Notes under the pieces: generated by a model
The model's database searches: none
Seen by the model: the letters and a program-made list of their open reading frames with translations, nothing else
Told to the model about the DNA's origin: nothing
Source: a virus
Lineage: Duplodnaviria; Caudoviricetes
IMG/VR virus record: IMGVR_UViG_3300002307_000073
Span: 1-50,244 of that record
DNA: 50,244 nucleotides
Strand: one strand, 5' to 3'
Position numbers and translations under genes: made by a program
Shown here: one piece after another, positions 20,201-29,911 of the stretch
How positions within the stretch are numbered: position 1 is the first letter of the stretch
How the letters are laid out: each line of letters begins with the position of its first letter

Positions 20201-21002
20201 CATCAGAAATATCATCTAATGGTTTTGTTACCAATGTTAAATTGATATTATATCTATCTGCTCCTGGTGCTTGGAAATTGGATGATCCCAATGCTGGATC
20301 TAATAGACTATAATCATCTTCCGAAGTAATAATATTTTCTTGAATTTCCAATCCAACTCTTACATTTGGAGTATTAGTATATTCTCCAATAGTAATGGTC
20401 TGTTTCTGAACACCAACAAAGAATCCATTGATATAGAAAACGCCATCATCAATAGAAGCAATTGAACTGTTTCCTCTATGCGGAATATATTCTGAATTTT
20501 CGGCAATAACTTTTGCGATTAAACCATCAGTAGAATATGTCTTAGAATAAATGTTGTCACCAGCAAAAAATTTTGTTCCAGAAAGATATCTTACGATTAA
20601 AGTTGGAGGATCAGTAATATTGCCAGATTGTGGGTTTAAATATTCAGGCTCATGAGTTGCTAAAACAATGGCAACAACCCCATTAGCACTATTTGTTGTT
20701 AGAGTTTTTCCCAAGAAGTCGGATGCTTTAATTTCAATATTATTTTGATTTACAACTTCTAATTTTACATATTCAACATTGAAATCTACGGTAACTTGCC
20801 CACCAGAAATTGGAGTATTTTTTGCGAAAATATGATCGCCAAATTTAGTAATTTGGTCTTGTAGAATAGTTTGGGATTGGGTTAACTCTCTTGCTTGGAC
20901 GGGATACCCTGGTTTAAATAAAATTCTATGAAAATTTGAATTCGCATTAAAATCATCGTAATATGGTGCTAGTTTAATTTTATCTAAAGTTTCTGTAGAC
21001 AT
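14292..21002 (-). CDS. VrlC-like large virion structural protein (DUF4815-type)
   Basis: PYYDDF...FHRILFKPGYPVQARELTQSQTILQDQI start; APGADRY, GPGKAYVKGY, DPLCQTF motifs; follows gp8. Confidence 0.85.
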   Translation of the reverse strand: MSTETLDKIKLAPYYDDFNANSNFHRILFKPGYPVQARELTQSQTILQDQITKFGDHIFAKNTPISGGQVTVDFNVEYVKLEVVNQNNIEIKASDFLGKTLTTNSANGVVAIVLATHEPEYLNPQSGNITDPPTLIVRYLSGTKFFAGDNIYSKTYSTDGLIAKVIAENSEYIPHRGNSSIASIDDGVFYINGFFVGVQKQTITIGEYTNTPNVRVGLEIQENIITSEDDYSLLDPALGSSNFQAPGADRYNINLTLVTKPLDDISDDQFFVDLITIDTGVIVKKVNRTIYSEIDDYLATRTFDTNGDFVINRFKLSVDQILNHDDVFYLKVGPGKAYVKGYLVENQSTLNIVSNKARSNNHISNKNVYIDQGNFLYTSNNNGLFDSSLFEPVEIHINQTDNSSELSTNTLAATAKIRAVEYVSGTTSDNYIFKNYLVDIETKSIQNLVCGSLSEDGSQIAFPDSMPMVDGLYNGVKGVINLQSIGATKFEIASYVGGVATLTTKLPNKINISDTFSLIFDSSNFNSLWTSDRLKYCFVNNLSKNPTISTGKTFLSDAQKEELIVPIGEAYIKDNSITSTKYTSWQTFREKAFSTSVGTPLTLILPLSLGHNISYYTSGVTLTGVDIDSNFTFYTNSTSSVSSVLSASDNIESIVIDSTGTNARITAKSGAEILGKTINVVAKINVEDTTDIAHRAIKGKDLILADTSALALSGTAVNDGNNDIAFVNLPRGQVTLYKNQFNANSQSLFVSDVKNIIKIIDNFGETANAAMLTNPKYDVTRNYILDTGQRDAYYDHATIKLLAGASGPVGDLIVLLNYYNQTGGDGYFCVDSYVSPVSNKPESYSRIPTYISKAGNEYNLRDCLDFRPARKNAVYDFELGTNNTDDVTRGVYTPYDNTNFELSYEYYLGRKDLLVVTKDNKINLIEGISAVIPKEPKEPDGAITIARVTHDPYTMFISNDNSPLSTSSLKIENVNHKRWRMEDITKLEDRVGRLEYYSSLSILEQSAKGLQIPDANGLNRFKSGILTNDFSTYKISDTSKIDYSASVNGVKQELLPVHDVKNFKLYLADTLNNFNQLTAADRNALPYSVDYDGINSYVTLKYSKVPAATQSFATRTVNVNPFSFINTQGQCILNPPMDNWVSTTKLPDLLIVNPDTQLYLQSDVINHLSTGAWQTISSSQKFAEGTTTSLSKAVATGNWNAVTTMSSQDIINFISVYGQDTLPDGSTLGSKDYKHIVDATTLDSDQAYLSYLRGIVGTFISRDGYWGSGVTQTTTSTNYKVTDTTQQRKDVSGYWTDLGNKYETNNGFVTDVSINPYIRGQEIEFVAADILMSTGVDCYFDGKRVSDRIRLTNTLAVTTSTSNAFNNSEIIGYKSGDTYVPVGKILYSRYSGELSESNTTIKMLDVVWDINASKYTDDGYLYTLRLDKNGTVSGISATAGLQYYTHRSGRIQAASSSNYSVKLSQLASSVDGAYIGKTLNIILDDYQLDYPITGYDGVTRTAYCNSSTVSPSVVNAVYSIKNYTGQMVTDDTGTISGIFYLPNNTFNVGQKIFRIDNRINGNIGSETTSAEATFYASGLSVQKQNLNFAPDISSANFTFTKTENQYLKTVDQSSVSANVTNFYSTYIAPPPPPQQPPPEPPPPIVDPAPPIDPPPPIVDPQPPEFPPIQFPAPQNPYYYDPLCQTFMLFGENYPNGAFIKSVKLFFKTKPTDHNSPITVSLLGTVNGYPDGKTLDHSIVTLPPDKINLAGDDPHILDSTKYTEFEFPAPVYVKAETLYAIMIKTNSKQYSLYACKLGDVAIPSTAKNLPTDQNPTNPLKISQVPSVGGLFLSQNSLTWTADQNQTLMFELDRCEFETGSVSVEYVVPEKLPQRSIVDNYLTYIANTASIANANQYFASSTDVVIDAFNVTTTDLEFDSAKVSYAYKSTRYSNGVPAQESSFTSFHPGKYGTASYDDTSLDDNTGPRVLQHASNNSFVVQATLNTTDSKISPIISDAGLTLYGVKYRINNLELASKDITIINGGSGYSNTDQISISFADTINGGEDVIAYPTVDSTGSITGFTISSDTGNHANTISSSISITSTTGSGANLAIHGETSSIGGNSLFREISKSVTLEPGFDASDLNVYFTAYRPVNTDIYVYYKILNREDTQLFDDSDWQLMTMISGNKQYASQKTDLYEYVAAPGSNNTADTAVGYVSKSNGKAYTTFSQFAIKFVYRTSDSTFIPKIKEFRAIALV
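15970..16125 (-). repeat. Proline-rich linker with duplicated GGATCAACAATCGGCGGTGGTGG (PPPIVDP) units
   Basis: APPPPPQQPPPEPPPPIVDPAPPIDPPPPIVDPQPPEFPP immediately before YDPLCQTF. Confidence 0.8.
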
Positions 21003-21029
21003 ATGTTATTTTTTTCCCTAATCCAAACT

Positions 21030-22664
21030 TTAATAGTTTATTACTAATCTGAACAATTCAGAATCATCTTCGCTTCGCGTGATTCCTATTCTATTTTCTA
21101 TATATGAGATTTTACCAGAATTTATTATAATATCTGGAATAACCTCTTGTAAAACTGTTGCCGATGCCCCAGATGTTGCCCCATATATTGGGTAATCTTG
21201 TTGTATTATACCTAGTGTATTTATAACCTTTAAATCATCGTTTGCTGTAAAAGTCAAACAATTTGCTTTAAATGTTGTATTACCAACATCGGTTCCTTGA
21301 TATACAATTTCATCTTTTAGGAAAGTTCCAGATTCATTAGCAATTAATATTTTTGTATCGACTTCATAGACAGAATTGTTTGCTGGTTTTGTTAAATCTT
21401 TTTGTGAATATGGATTGCTTATCAATCCTAATTGTCTATATGTAATATCAACTGGAATTTTATTACTTTCAGTTCCAATTACTTGACACGTTATCATAGC
21501 ATTTCTACAACCAAATTCAGTCAATGGATCTGATCCATGTCCTCCAGGAGGAGAAATTGAGAACCAAACTCTTGCCCCATTACCTCCAAAAGCATTTGGG
21601 GTCAACTTAACATTTGCTGAGGTATAATTATTTCCTGGATTAATCATATAGATGTCAATAAGATTATTATTGGCATTCACATAGGTTGATGCGAAAGCAT
21701 CCTGTCCATCTCCAGTAATAGTTACCGCAATTGTTCCAGTTCCATTTTGATAACCGCTTCCTTGGTTGATGACATTAATAACATCAATCTGTCCAAAACT
21801 AGCATTTGCCGAATATGTGGTATCTGTTTTTATGGAGATTGGCATCCAGTCCCGACTAAAGAATTTTTGCTTTTTACCTTGATCTATAGTATAGACATAC
21901 TTCCATTTATATCCATCTTCTGTAATAATAACTTCTTCTTTATTAAAAGTACCAACATCAAAAACTGGTTCTTCCGAAGTTAGTTCCAAATATTTAATTG
22001 ATCCACCGGAAACATAGACTGAACTCGCATTTCCTGTTGGAATTTTATACTTTTCATCATTGGCAATAATGATGGAAACATTTCCTTGTCGAGTAATTGC
22101 GGTTTTATAGATTCCATTAAAATTTGACGGGTTACAATCTTGAATTCTTATATACCGACCAGCTCCCAAATCAGGACCACTATGCGTAATATTAAGATAG
22201 CTATTTCCAGAATTTGTTATTGTTCCAATGATATAAGAATTTGAAGTTGTTTGTCCATTCCATAAACATTTAAATACTTGATCAAAACAATTTCTAACAT
22301 AAAACTTTTTAATTAGTTTGCCATTTACATCCTTTGAAAAAAGATTTTCCTCATCAGAATAAGTATCATAAGAAGAGTTTGATTTCCAATCAATTCTTTC
22401 AATGACTGGAGAAACATCTGGAGTAGCAATCTTTTTTATGGCAAAAATATGTTTCTTTACTTGCTTGAAGTATTTTTGATTATTTTCTGGGATTGGGGGT
22501 TGAAATTCATTATCCCAATTCTTTAATGCGCTTAAAAACAGATATAAATTATTATCTGTATTATATTTTAAGTCCGAATTTGGTACTAGTGAATAATATA
22601 ACTTTTCTACTTCTAAAGAAAAATAATTATCCGTTAATAATGAATTTGAAGTATTTGCTGTCAT
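21030..22664 (-). CDS. gp8: Baseplate wedge subunit gp8-like
   Basis: RIDW...Y..Y, FYV.N...QVFKCL.N, DGYKWKY.YTI, PPGGHGSDP..E.G, YRQLGLI.NP, YIENR..I.R motifs; synteny. Confidence 0.85.
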   Translation of the reverse strand: MTANTSNSLLTDNYFSLEVEKLYYSLVPNSDLKYNTDNNLYLFLSALKNWDNEFQPPIPENNQKYFKQVKKHIFAIKKIATPDVSPVIERIDWKSNSSYDTYSDEENLFSKDVNGKLIKKFYVRNCFDQVFKCLWNGQTTSNSYIIGTITNSGNSYLNITHSGPDLGAGRYIRIQDCNPSNFNGIYKTAITRQGNVSIIIANDEKYKIPTGNASSVYVSGGSIKYLELTSEEPVFDVGTFNKEEVIITEDGYKWKYVYTIDQGKKQKFFSRDWMPISIKTDTTYSANASFGQIDVINVINQGSGYQNGTGTIAVTITGDGQDAFASTYVNANNNLIDIYMINPGNNYTSANVKLTPNAFGGNGARVWFSISPPGGHGSDPLTEFGCRNAMITCQVIGTESNKIPVDITYRQLGLISNPYSQKDLTKPANNSVYEVDTKILIANESGTFLKDEIVYQGTDVGNTTFKANCLTFTANDDLKVINTLGIIQQDYPIYGATSGASATVLQEVIPDIIINSGKISYIENRIGITRSEDDSELFRLVINY

Positions 22665-22667
22665 AAA

Positions 22668-23168
22668 TTATTTTGGAATTTGAACCTTTACAAATTTTAG
22701 CGTTGTTGTTGAATTTGTTGGAGTTACTGATATAACAACATTTGCCCCTGCTATAGCAGCATTAAATGTACAAATTCTACTTGCTCCAGTATACATTATA
22801 GAATATTCGGAAAATGAAACCGAAGATCCATTACATAAAACTAGAAGTTCAGATGCTTGAGACTCTACTCCGGAAGATGCTTGGATTGTATATTTAGCAG
22901 TCCCAATAGATGCGGTTGGAAAATAATCTATTGGTTGGACCGCAATACTTGTTATGGTTTTATCAACATAGACTGGAAACCAAGCGATTGAACTTCTAAC
23001 TACATTTATAGTAGTGTTTGCCAAATATTGACCAACTAGATTTATTACAGAAGTTGCTGGAGTCAATTCTGTTTTGGAAGTATCAGAATTAATAGAAACA
23101 AATTTTGTATTTCCAGTTAATGTATTCTGAACAGGTAAATCTATTAATTTAATTTGTGAATTAGCCAT
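22668..23168 (-). CDS. Small virion structural protein
   Basis: IKL.DLP start and AKY.IQ...Q.SELLV...EY C-terminal module; lies between gp7 and gp8. Confidence 0.55.
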   Translation of the reverse strand: MANSQIKLIDLPVQNTLTGNTKFVSINSDTSKTELTPATSVINLVGQYLANTTINVVRSSIAWFPVYVDKTITSIAVQPIDYFPTASIGTAKYTIQASSGVESQASELLVLCNGSSVSFSEYSIMYTGASRICTFNAAIAGANVVISVTPTNSTTTLKFVKVQIPK

Positions 23169-23175
23169 AGGTTAT

Positions 23176-26100
23176 TTAAAATGTTGCTATCGTTGAACCA
23201 ATATAAGTTTCGGCAAAATATGTGTTGCTCGCATAATCTTGTGTGTCCCAAGATAATATAAATCCATCTTCAGAATAATCTGAACCATCTTCAAGACTTC
23301 TGGTAGTACTAAATGCCAATAGTTCTGTTGTATTTATATCATCGCTCAACGCCTTTGTCATTGCGAATGTGGATTCAGTATCTTCAGCAGAAGCATAATC
23401 TGTTGTGATAGAAGGAACAATTCCATGATTAGGGAAGTAAATTATATCATTATTTTCAGTAACTAATGTTAAGACATCACTATTTACAGCACTATCATAA
23501 TTCAATTGATATTCAAAAGATATATTATTAGCATCAAAATTATGAATTACGCTGATTAGTTGTTGGTTAATACTATTACCAGATGGGTTGATGTCTCCTT
23601 CACAATATATTGTGGCATATTGATTGGTTAGGACTTTAACATCAGTAACCTTTATATAAATGTTATTTGATAGAGTTATTAAATCTCCAATTCGGATAAT
23701 ATCATTTATCTTAGCATTAGGATCACTATATGCTCCACCATTTACAAAATCAAATACTTCAGTAATCTTCTCTACAATAATTGTATTAGATGTTGCGTAT
23801 CCCAAAGCAACATTTGGATAATATAGTCTTTCACAATCTTCTATTGTAATAGTACTATTAGAATCATCTACACTAACAATCTTGGAGAAAACATTTACAA
23901 GTTCTCTTGGGGTGTTTTGACTTATTACTATATTGTCAGAAGTGTCCAGTGCGTAAGATAATGGCAATCCATTAGTTTTAACTGTATCGGAAATATTTCC
24001 TACTACTTCACCATCACCCAAGATGCTATTGACTCGCAATATTGCTCCAGACCCGAAAGAAGTATTGATTACAATGCTTGGTAAAGCATCATTACTATAT
24101 CCAAATCCACCAAGAGAAGAAATATTACTATTGTCAGTATAATATTCAACTTTGGTAATTTTTCCATCAACATCAACATCCGTAATTTGAGCATATGCCA
24201 TAGAACCAAGTCCTCCAAAGAAACTTAAAGTTTCATATGGAAGGTAGTTTCTACCCCCACTTACAATTTCAATTGGACCTAGAATACCCAAATAAGATAA
24301 TTCTGAAGTATTATATTCAATATCATATATTGAATGTGCCTTTACAGATGGGTTGTTTGTTGTAAGATTTTTTGCTCTTATTTCTTTGATTGGATATGTT
24401 TGAATATCAAAGAATGTTAGGGCATTTATTAGTGTTGTATTGGCATTAGCTAGGATATTGTTGGCAAATGATAAAATTGTATTTCCAATTACAAGATCTC
24501 TCTTTAGTCCAATAACATCTTTTGAAAGCAATGTTGCTTCAACTGGTTTGGTTTCATCGACAGAATAAATCTCAGCATATGCTCCATTTGAACAATTGAC
24601 CCCAGAGAAAGAAATTGAACTATTCCCATTTGAGTATGTTCTGAATCCATACCCACCATTAATAACTTCTAGATTATAGATTGGTTGAGCATCAATTTCA
24701 GAATATCTGGAAGTTACGCTCGCAGAATTGGCAGTTATTCCAGTAATTGTTCGAACGTTAGCATTAGCAATAATTGAATTTGAAGATACTATATCAATAG
24801 AAACATTTATTGAGTGATAATTTTCTTTATAATCAACATAATTTTCAATTTTTACTACACTAGTTGATGAATTTGCTAAAGATATTGGATCAGAGACAAC
24901 TGATATCTTTTCACCATCTCCAAGAATATTTTCAACAGTTAATATTGCTCCAATACCAAATTCCGAATTCGCAGTTAGTGTTGGAAGATTTTCTTCTCTA
25001 TATCCTAACCCTCCAAGATTATATTCATATTGCCCATTTGGATCATATGTATAATCAACAGTTAGAATTGCTCCGTTAGCATCAACACTGGATATGTTGG
25101 CATATGCTCCAAACCCATCCCCTCCAGTAAAAATAATATTATCATTTGCTTGATAATCAGATCCACCGGATACTACTTTAATTTTTCCTAATATTCCAAG
25201 ATTGGATAGTACGGATTGACTGCCAACTTCATTGTCATACAGTGAAAAGGCATCAACTTCAATAAAATCAGTATAGTAATCAGAAGGAGTGTTTAGGACC
25301 GCATTAGAGATTGGACTAGTATTAAATTGAATGAAAGAGAATACATTTGCTAATGTTTGATTATTGGCATTTGCTGTTGGATTATGTAAAAAGTTTAATG
25401 CCGTATTTCCAATAGTCTGATTTCCATGTGCCCCAATTATATCAGTTACAATTAAATCTGCTAATGAAATGTTTGCTGTATTTGGATCAATGCTTGATAT
25501 ATACCCAGATGAATTTGCTCCCCCCCTTAAAAAAACAATTTCACTGTTTGGATCTACTCTAAATCCTTCTCCACTAGCATTGACCTCAAATTTTAATTTG
25601 GGCATCTTGGACCTAATGTCCATATATGATATAATAGAAGGATTATATAAACTTCTTGATAGATTTCTTCTATGATATTCCGTATTATATAATCCGGAGT
25701 TTAATTTTTGAGGTTTTTGTGGGAGAACATTGGTCCCCAAAACTCTAGTTCCAGCAGGATGTAATAAATTATATAATACTTCTTTATAATTACTGAATGA
25801 TTTTTCTACTTGTAAGAAATATGAATAGTAATTATATACATCACTTTCAATTCTACAAGAAGAGCTTGGTTGTCCGGATTCATCGAGGAAACTACCTTTG
25901 CCAAAAATTAATCCAGAGATGAAATTGGAAGTTGCCTTTGCTTTTCCATTACCATAAATTTTGACTCCATTGGTAAATCCATTGGAGTTATATGTTGTTC
26001 TTATTGTATAATTATAAAGTTTATCATTAGCATCAACTTTATCAATTGAAATACTTAGAGATCCATTCGCAGTTCCCTTATACTCATATACTCTGAGTGT

Positions 26101-27825
26101 ATAATATGGGGTTCCTGGTGGAGAATCCGCATTTAAAGTAAATGAATCAACAAATGCCTTAAATGTTGAGTTGTAATAATCTCCCTGATAAACCAAAGAT
26201 CCTTTCTTTGGAACATCAACTAAATTTAATCCTGTAATAACAATGTCTTGGGTAGTTAAAGAAACTGAAGGATTTTCCCTATAATTCTCACCAGCACTTA
26301 TAACATTTACTGATTTAACCCCACCAATAGGATATGCGTTGGCAAAGAGAGATTCACCATCACCTAAGACAGATTCAACATATAACTCTGCACCCAATCC
26401 TGTTGTGGAGTCAATATATAATTTTGGAAGAGAATCGTTTGAATATCCAAATCCTCCGAGACTGGTAACATCATCCCCAGTATAATATTCTGCTGCTAAT
26501 ATTGAACCTCTTCCATCAACAGAAGAAATTTTAGCAAAGGCAAATGCTCCAAATCCTCCAACAAATTGAATTTCATCCCCAATTTTATATTCCTTACCTT
26601 TATTTCTAATCTTGATTGGTCCTAATATTCCCAAATCAAAAAGATTAGATTTGAATGTATTTTCAGTATCATATAATGATTCAACATTCAGATTAAACTT
26701 TTCATCATATCCTGATCCAGGATTTGCTATATTGAATGTTGAAAGTGGAAAAGTATTATACTCTTGGAAAGTTAATACATCTAATAATTTAGTATCAATA
26801 TTAGCGGATTGATTGTTAGCAAAACCAAAAGATGGACTGCTTAAAAGAATATCCTTTTTAGAATCAATAACATCTTTTGAAACAAATCTTGTAAAAAATG
26901 GAGAATCAGTTTTTAATTCACTAATTATAATGTTCCCGTTTGATCCATTAGCAGTTAGCAAATTAACAGGAGAATAGTCCCTTCTGAATCCACATGATGG
27001 ATTGGTAACAATAACTTCTTTTATTTCCCCATTATAAATTGAGGATACATTAGCGGTTGCTTCTAAATGATTTCCAGAATAATCAACCCCACCATAAAAT
27101 ATTGCTGGATCTCCGACCTTATAATTTTTTCCTAGATTGTTAGGATCAACAGTTACGGATTTAATATTTCCTATGATGGTTGCTTCCAATGTTGAACCAT
27201 CAATAACAATTTCATGTAGTTGATCATCAACTATTTTGGCAGTTTCACCTGGATAAAAATTTGTACCAAAATCAGAAAGGAAGATTTCAATGGAATTATT
27301 TGATACTTGGGATCTTTCAATTTTGGCACTAGATTTTGATTCTGTTCCAAAAATTTTATAATTATCAACATATAAGAATCTTGGATCAAGGGTCTTTAAT
27401 TGAATACTTTTTGGTTGAATCCATTTACCATCTGATGATAAAAGAATAAAATCACTAGCATCATAGATATCACAATCAGAATCAAATAATGCTCTGAATA
27501 AAAACTTAAATGATGCTGGGGTAGATTTTCTTTGATAGAGTTCTCTAGCAACCTTAACCAGTTCTCTTTTGCTGGTTAATGATTCTTTTGGAAAGTATTG
27601 AAGAAATTCATTAAAGAAATACTCCTCAAACTCTGTTATTGTATTGTCAATATCGGCATAGTTGAGAAGATTTTTCGATCTTTCTTCAGGATTACCAGTT
27701 GTTTCCAACCACTGGTAATATGCCTCTACAAACTGTATGAAAGTTTGATAGTCAGAATCATCCCTAATGAAACCAGGGAATTGAGATATTAACGCTAGAG
27801 AATCTTTAAAATTATCTGGAATCAT
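23176..27825 (-). CDS. gp7: Baseplate wedge initiator gp7-like, with a triplicated internal module
   Basis: QFP.FIR...F..FVEAYYQWLE, ELY..K.T..SFKFLFRALF, SDGKW, LHPAG motifs; directly follows gp6. Confidence 0.85.
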   Translation of the reverse strand: MIPDNFKDSLALISQFPGFIRDDSDYQTFIQFVEAYYQWLETTGNPEERSKNLLNYADIDNTITEFEEYFFNEFLQYFPKESLTSKRELVKVARELYQRKSTPASFKFLFRALFDSDCDIYDASDFILLSSDGKWIQPKSIQLKTLDPRFLYVDNYKIFGTESKSSAKIERSQVSNNSIEIFLSDFGTNFYPGETAKIVDDQLHEIVIDGSTLEATIIGNIKSVTVDPNNLGKNYKVGDPAIFYGGVDYSGNHLEATANVSSIYNGEIKEVIVTNPSCGFRRDYSPVNLLTANGSNGNIIISELKTDSPFFTRFVSKDVIDSKKDILLSSPSFGFANNQSANIDTKLLDVLTFQEYNTFPLSTFNIANPGSGYDEKFNLNVESLYDTENTFKSNLFDLGILGPIKIRNKGKEYKIGDEIQFVGGFGAFAFAKISSVDGRGSILAAEYYTGDDVTSLGGFGYSNDSLPKLYIDSTTGLGAELYVESVLGDGESLFANAYPIGGVKSVNVISAGENYRENPSVSLTTQDIVITGLNLVDVPKKGSLVYQGDYYNSTFKAFVDSFTLNADSPPGTPYYTLRVYEYKGTANGSLSISIDKVDANDKLYNYTIRTTYNSNGFTNGVKIYGNGKAKATSNFISGLIFGKGSFLDESGQPSSSCRIESDVYNYYSYFLQVEKSFSNYKEVLYNLLHPAGTRVLGTNVLPQKPQKLNSGLYNTEYHRRNLSRSLYNPSIISYMDIRSKMPKLKFEVNASGEGFRVDPNSEIVFLRGGANSSGYISSIDPNTANISLADLIVTDIIGAHGNQTIGNTALNFLHNPTANANNQTLANVFSFIQFNTSPISNAVLNTPSDYYTDFIEVDAFSLYDNEVGSQSVLSNLGILGKIKVVSGGSDYQANDNIIFTGGDGFGAYANISSVDANGAILTVDYTYDPNGQYEYNLGGLGYREENLPTLTANSEFGIGAILTVENILGDGEKISVVSDPISLANSSTSVVKIENYVDYKENYHSINVSIDIVSSNSIIANANVRTITGITANSASVTSRYSEIDAQPIYNLEVINGGYGFRTYSNGNSSISFSGVNCSNGAYAEIYSVDETKPVEATLLSKDVIGLKRDLVIGNTILSFANNILANANTTLINALTFFDIQTYPIKEIRAKNLTTNNPSVKAHSIYDIEYNTSELSYLGILGPIEIVSGGRNYLPYETLSFFGGLGSMAYAQITDVDVDGKITKVEYYTDNSNISSLGGFGYSNDALPSIVINTSFGSGAILRVNSILGDGEVVGNISDTVKTNGLPLSYALDTSDNIVISQNTPRELVNVFSKIVSVDDSNSTITIEDCERLYYPNVALGYATSNTIIVEKITEVFDFVNGGAYSDPNAKINDIIRIGDLITLSNNIYIKVTDVKVLTNQYATIYCEGDINPSGNSINQQLISVIHNFDANNISFEYQLNYDSAVNSDVLTLVTENNDIIYFPNHGIVPSITTDYASAEDTESTFAMTKALSDDINTTELLAFSTTRSLEDGSDYSEDGFILSWDTQDYASNTYFAETYIGSTIATF

Positions 27826-29903
27826 TTAGTTATAATATTAATTGATACTGCCGTTGGATCGTTCTGATCTAAAGTTAATAATTTGTTTCTCTCAGAATAT
27901 ACTATATTAGTATCTGGAATAACATTAATTTTTAGTTGCCCAGAATTATTATTTATTGAGTATGGTTTAAAGTCAATTAAATTAATAACCCCAGAATAAT
28001 AATCAACAGTTCCAGATTTTGGATTTAGAACATATTTGATTCCATTATTATAATAATAAGTTCTTAGATCCCCATATCTACCTTGAAGAATTGCTTTTGC
28101 TGCCCCAAGTATTCCTCCTCCACCATCAGAATCAATTTGGACTATCGCTTGAGTATATCCTTCTCCTGGATTATCAATAATAATTTCTTTGATCTTACCA
28201 TTGACTATGGACGCATGTGCAGTTGCGTTTTTACCATCCCCAACAATTTTAATAATTGGAGTTTTGGTATAATTCGTTCCAGGATTTAATACTACAATTG
28301 AATCAATGCTCGTTGAAGATGCTGGAACTTCTTCAATATAAACATCTTTTCTTAAAATAAATCCTCCGGTTGTAGATATATTATTTATATCCAACATTTG
28401 GAAACTATCTGATGTTGATATGGATTTACCAAAGAAATCTCTTTTAATTGGTATTCCAAAATCCATAACATATGAAATTGATGTGTTGGTTGTTGGAGAT
28501 ATTCTTTTTTGTAATTTTATCTTCTGTTCATTTGTGATGATTGATTGATCCGAAGAATTAATTGTGGTAATTAAATCGGGAATTATCAAGGTTGATTCAA
28601 ATGAATTTAAATTATTTGCCGAATATGCTTTAACAGAATTCATTATGGTAGTTCTTATATCATTCTCTGTTAGAGTAGTTTTTGTTGGATCTAACAAAAC
28701 AGTACTCTCAATTGTTAAGAATGTATAATCAACATCAACTATATCAACATCAATAGTGACAACATTAATTGGTTTTACTATAGTTTCTTTAATCAGATTC
28801 TTTTGATTTTCCGTTACCGAATATCCGCCTTTTGGTTTCACAGAAATGAAAACTTTACCATAAACTGGAGGTTGATTATCATCCCCTCTCCAAACATTGA
28901 CGGCATCCAACGGAAATGCTTCGGAATTCTTTTTTATCAATGCTATATAATCATTGACTGTAACTGCTCTTCCTTGTGCCGAAAATACTTTAGGTGCCGT
29001 ATATCTGATAGAATCAATATCTTCTTTTGATCTTCCCAAATGTGCAGGAACTGTGGTTATAATATCAATTGTATCATATGATGCTATAGTATCAACCGGA
29101 ACAAACGATGAAGCATAATTCGCATCAGATCCAGATGATGTTAGATATTTGACTTTAACCAAATTACCATCAAATAGTGACTTTCCAATGATACCATTAC
29201 CAAAATACATTTCATAATTTCCATCAAGAGATTCTTGAATAAAATATACTTCGGAATTTCCATCTAATAATAATTTATCATCAACCTTATTAAATACTGT
29301 AGATTCATAATTAGTTGTTGATGTCTGAACAACAACTTCTAATGTTTCAAGATCAATATTAGCATCAGGAATTTTAAATCTATTTTCAAAATTTGTTGTT
29401 GCTGAATATACAAAGGTATATGAAATTGGTTCGCCACTTTTCAATTCAACATCCTGAAGGACTATATGTCCTGTTGAATTCGCATTTACCAAATAATCTT
29501 TTGTTGTTACGAAAGTATAGTTAGCATTATCAAGTTTTTCAGAAAGAAACTTTGTATATTTTGGAAGATAAAAAGCAGATCCAGTTAAACCATCAGCTCT
29601 GATATCAACCACTGCTGTCGGACATGATGTTGATAATGGAGTATATCCAAGAAGTTTGGATCGAGATACCACAGAACTTCTTCTTGTGGCAGTATCGAGG
29701 AACATTTCATTACCAACCATATTCAAATAGAATGAATTATAGTGGGTATTATAAGCAAGGATATCCATTAATATTGAAAGAACGCTTCCAGTATAAGAAG
29801 CATCTTTTAGAATATTTTGTCCCTGTAGATAGGTAATCAGATTACTTTTAATCTGATCAAAATCTGTTCCCGCAAGTTGTATATTTGAGTTTGATCCGCT
29901 CAT
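27822..29903 (-). CDS. gp6: Baseplate wedge subunit gp6
   Basis: DFDQIKSNL..YL, LAYNTHYN.FY.NM..NEMFLDTA..R.SVVS, Q.RAVT..DY, PP.YGKVFISVKP, GTVDY..G motifs. Confidence 0.92.
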   Translation of the reverse strand: MSGSNSNIQLAGTDFDQIKSNLITYLQGQNILKDASYTGSVLSILMDILAYNTHYNSFYLNMVGNEMFLDTATRRSSVVSRSKLLGYTPLSTSCPTAVVDIRADGLTGSAFYLPKYTKFLSEKLDNANYTFVTTKDYLVNANSTGHIVLQDVELKSGEPISYTFVYSATTNFENRFKIPDANIDLETLEVVVQTSTTNYESTVFNKVDDKLLLDGNSEVYFIQESLDGNYEMYFGNGIIGKSLFDGNLVKVKYLTSSGSDANYASSFVPVDTIASYDTIDIITTVPAHLGRSKEDIDSIRYTAPKVFSAQGRAVTVNDYIALIKKNSEAFPLDAVNVWRGDDNQPPVYGKVFISVKPKGGYSVTENQKNLIKETIVKPINVVTIDVDIVDVDYTFLTIESTVLLDPTKTTLTENDIRTTIMNSVKAYSANNLNSFESTLIIPDLITTINSSDQSIITNEQKIKLQKRISPTTNTSISYVMDFGIPIKRDFFGKSISTSDSFQMLDINNISTTGGFILRKDVYIEEVPASSTSIDSIVVLNPGTNYTKTPIIKIVGDGKNATAHASIVNGKIKEIIIDNPGEGYTQAIVQIDSDGGGGILGAAKAILQGRYGDLRTYYYNNGIKYVLNPKSGTVDYYSGVINLIDFKPYSINNNSGQLKINVIPDTNIVYSERNKLLTLDQNDPTAVSINIITK

Positions 29904-29911
29904 TTAGTTTC

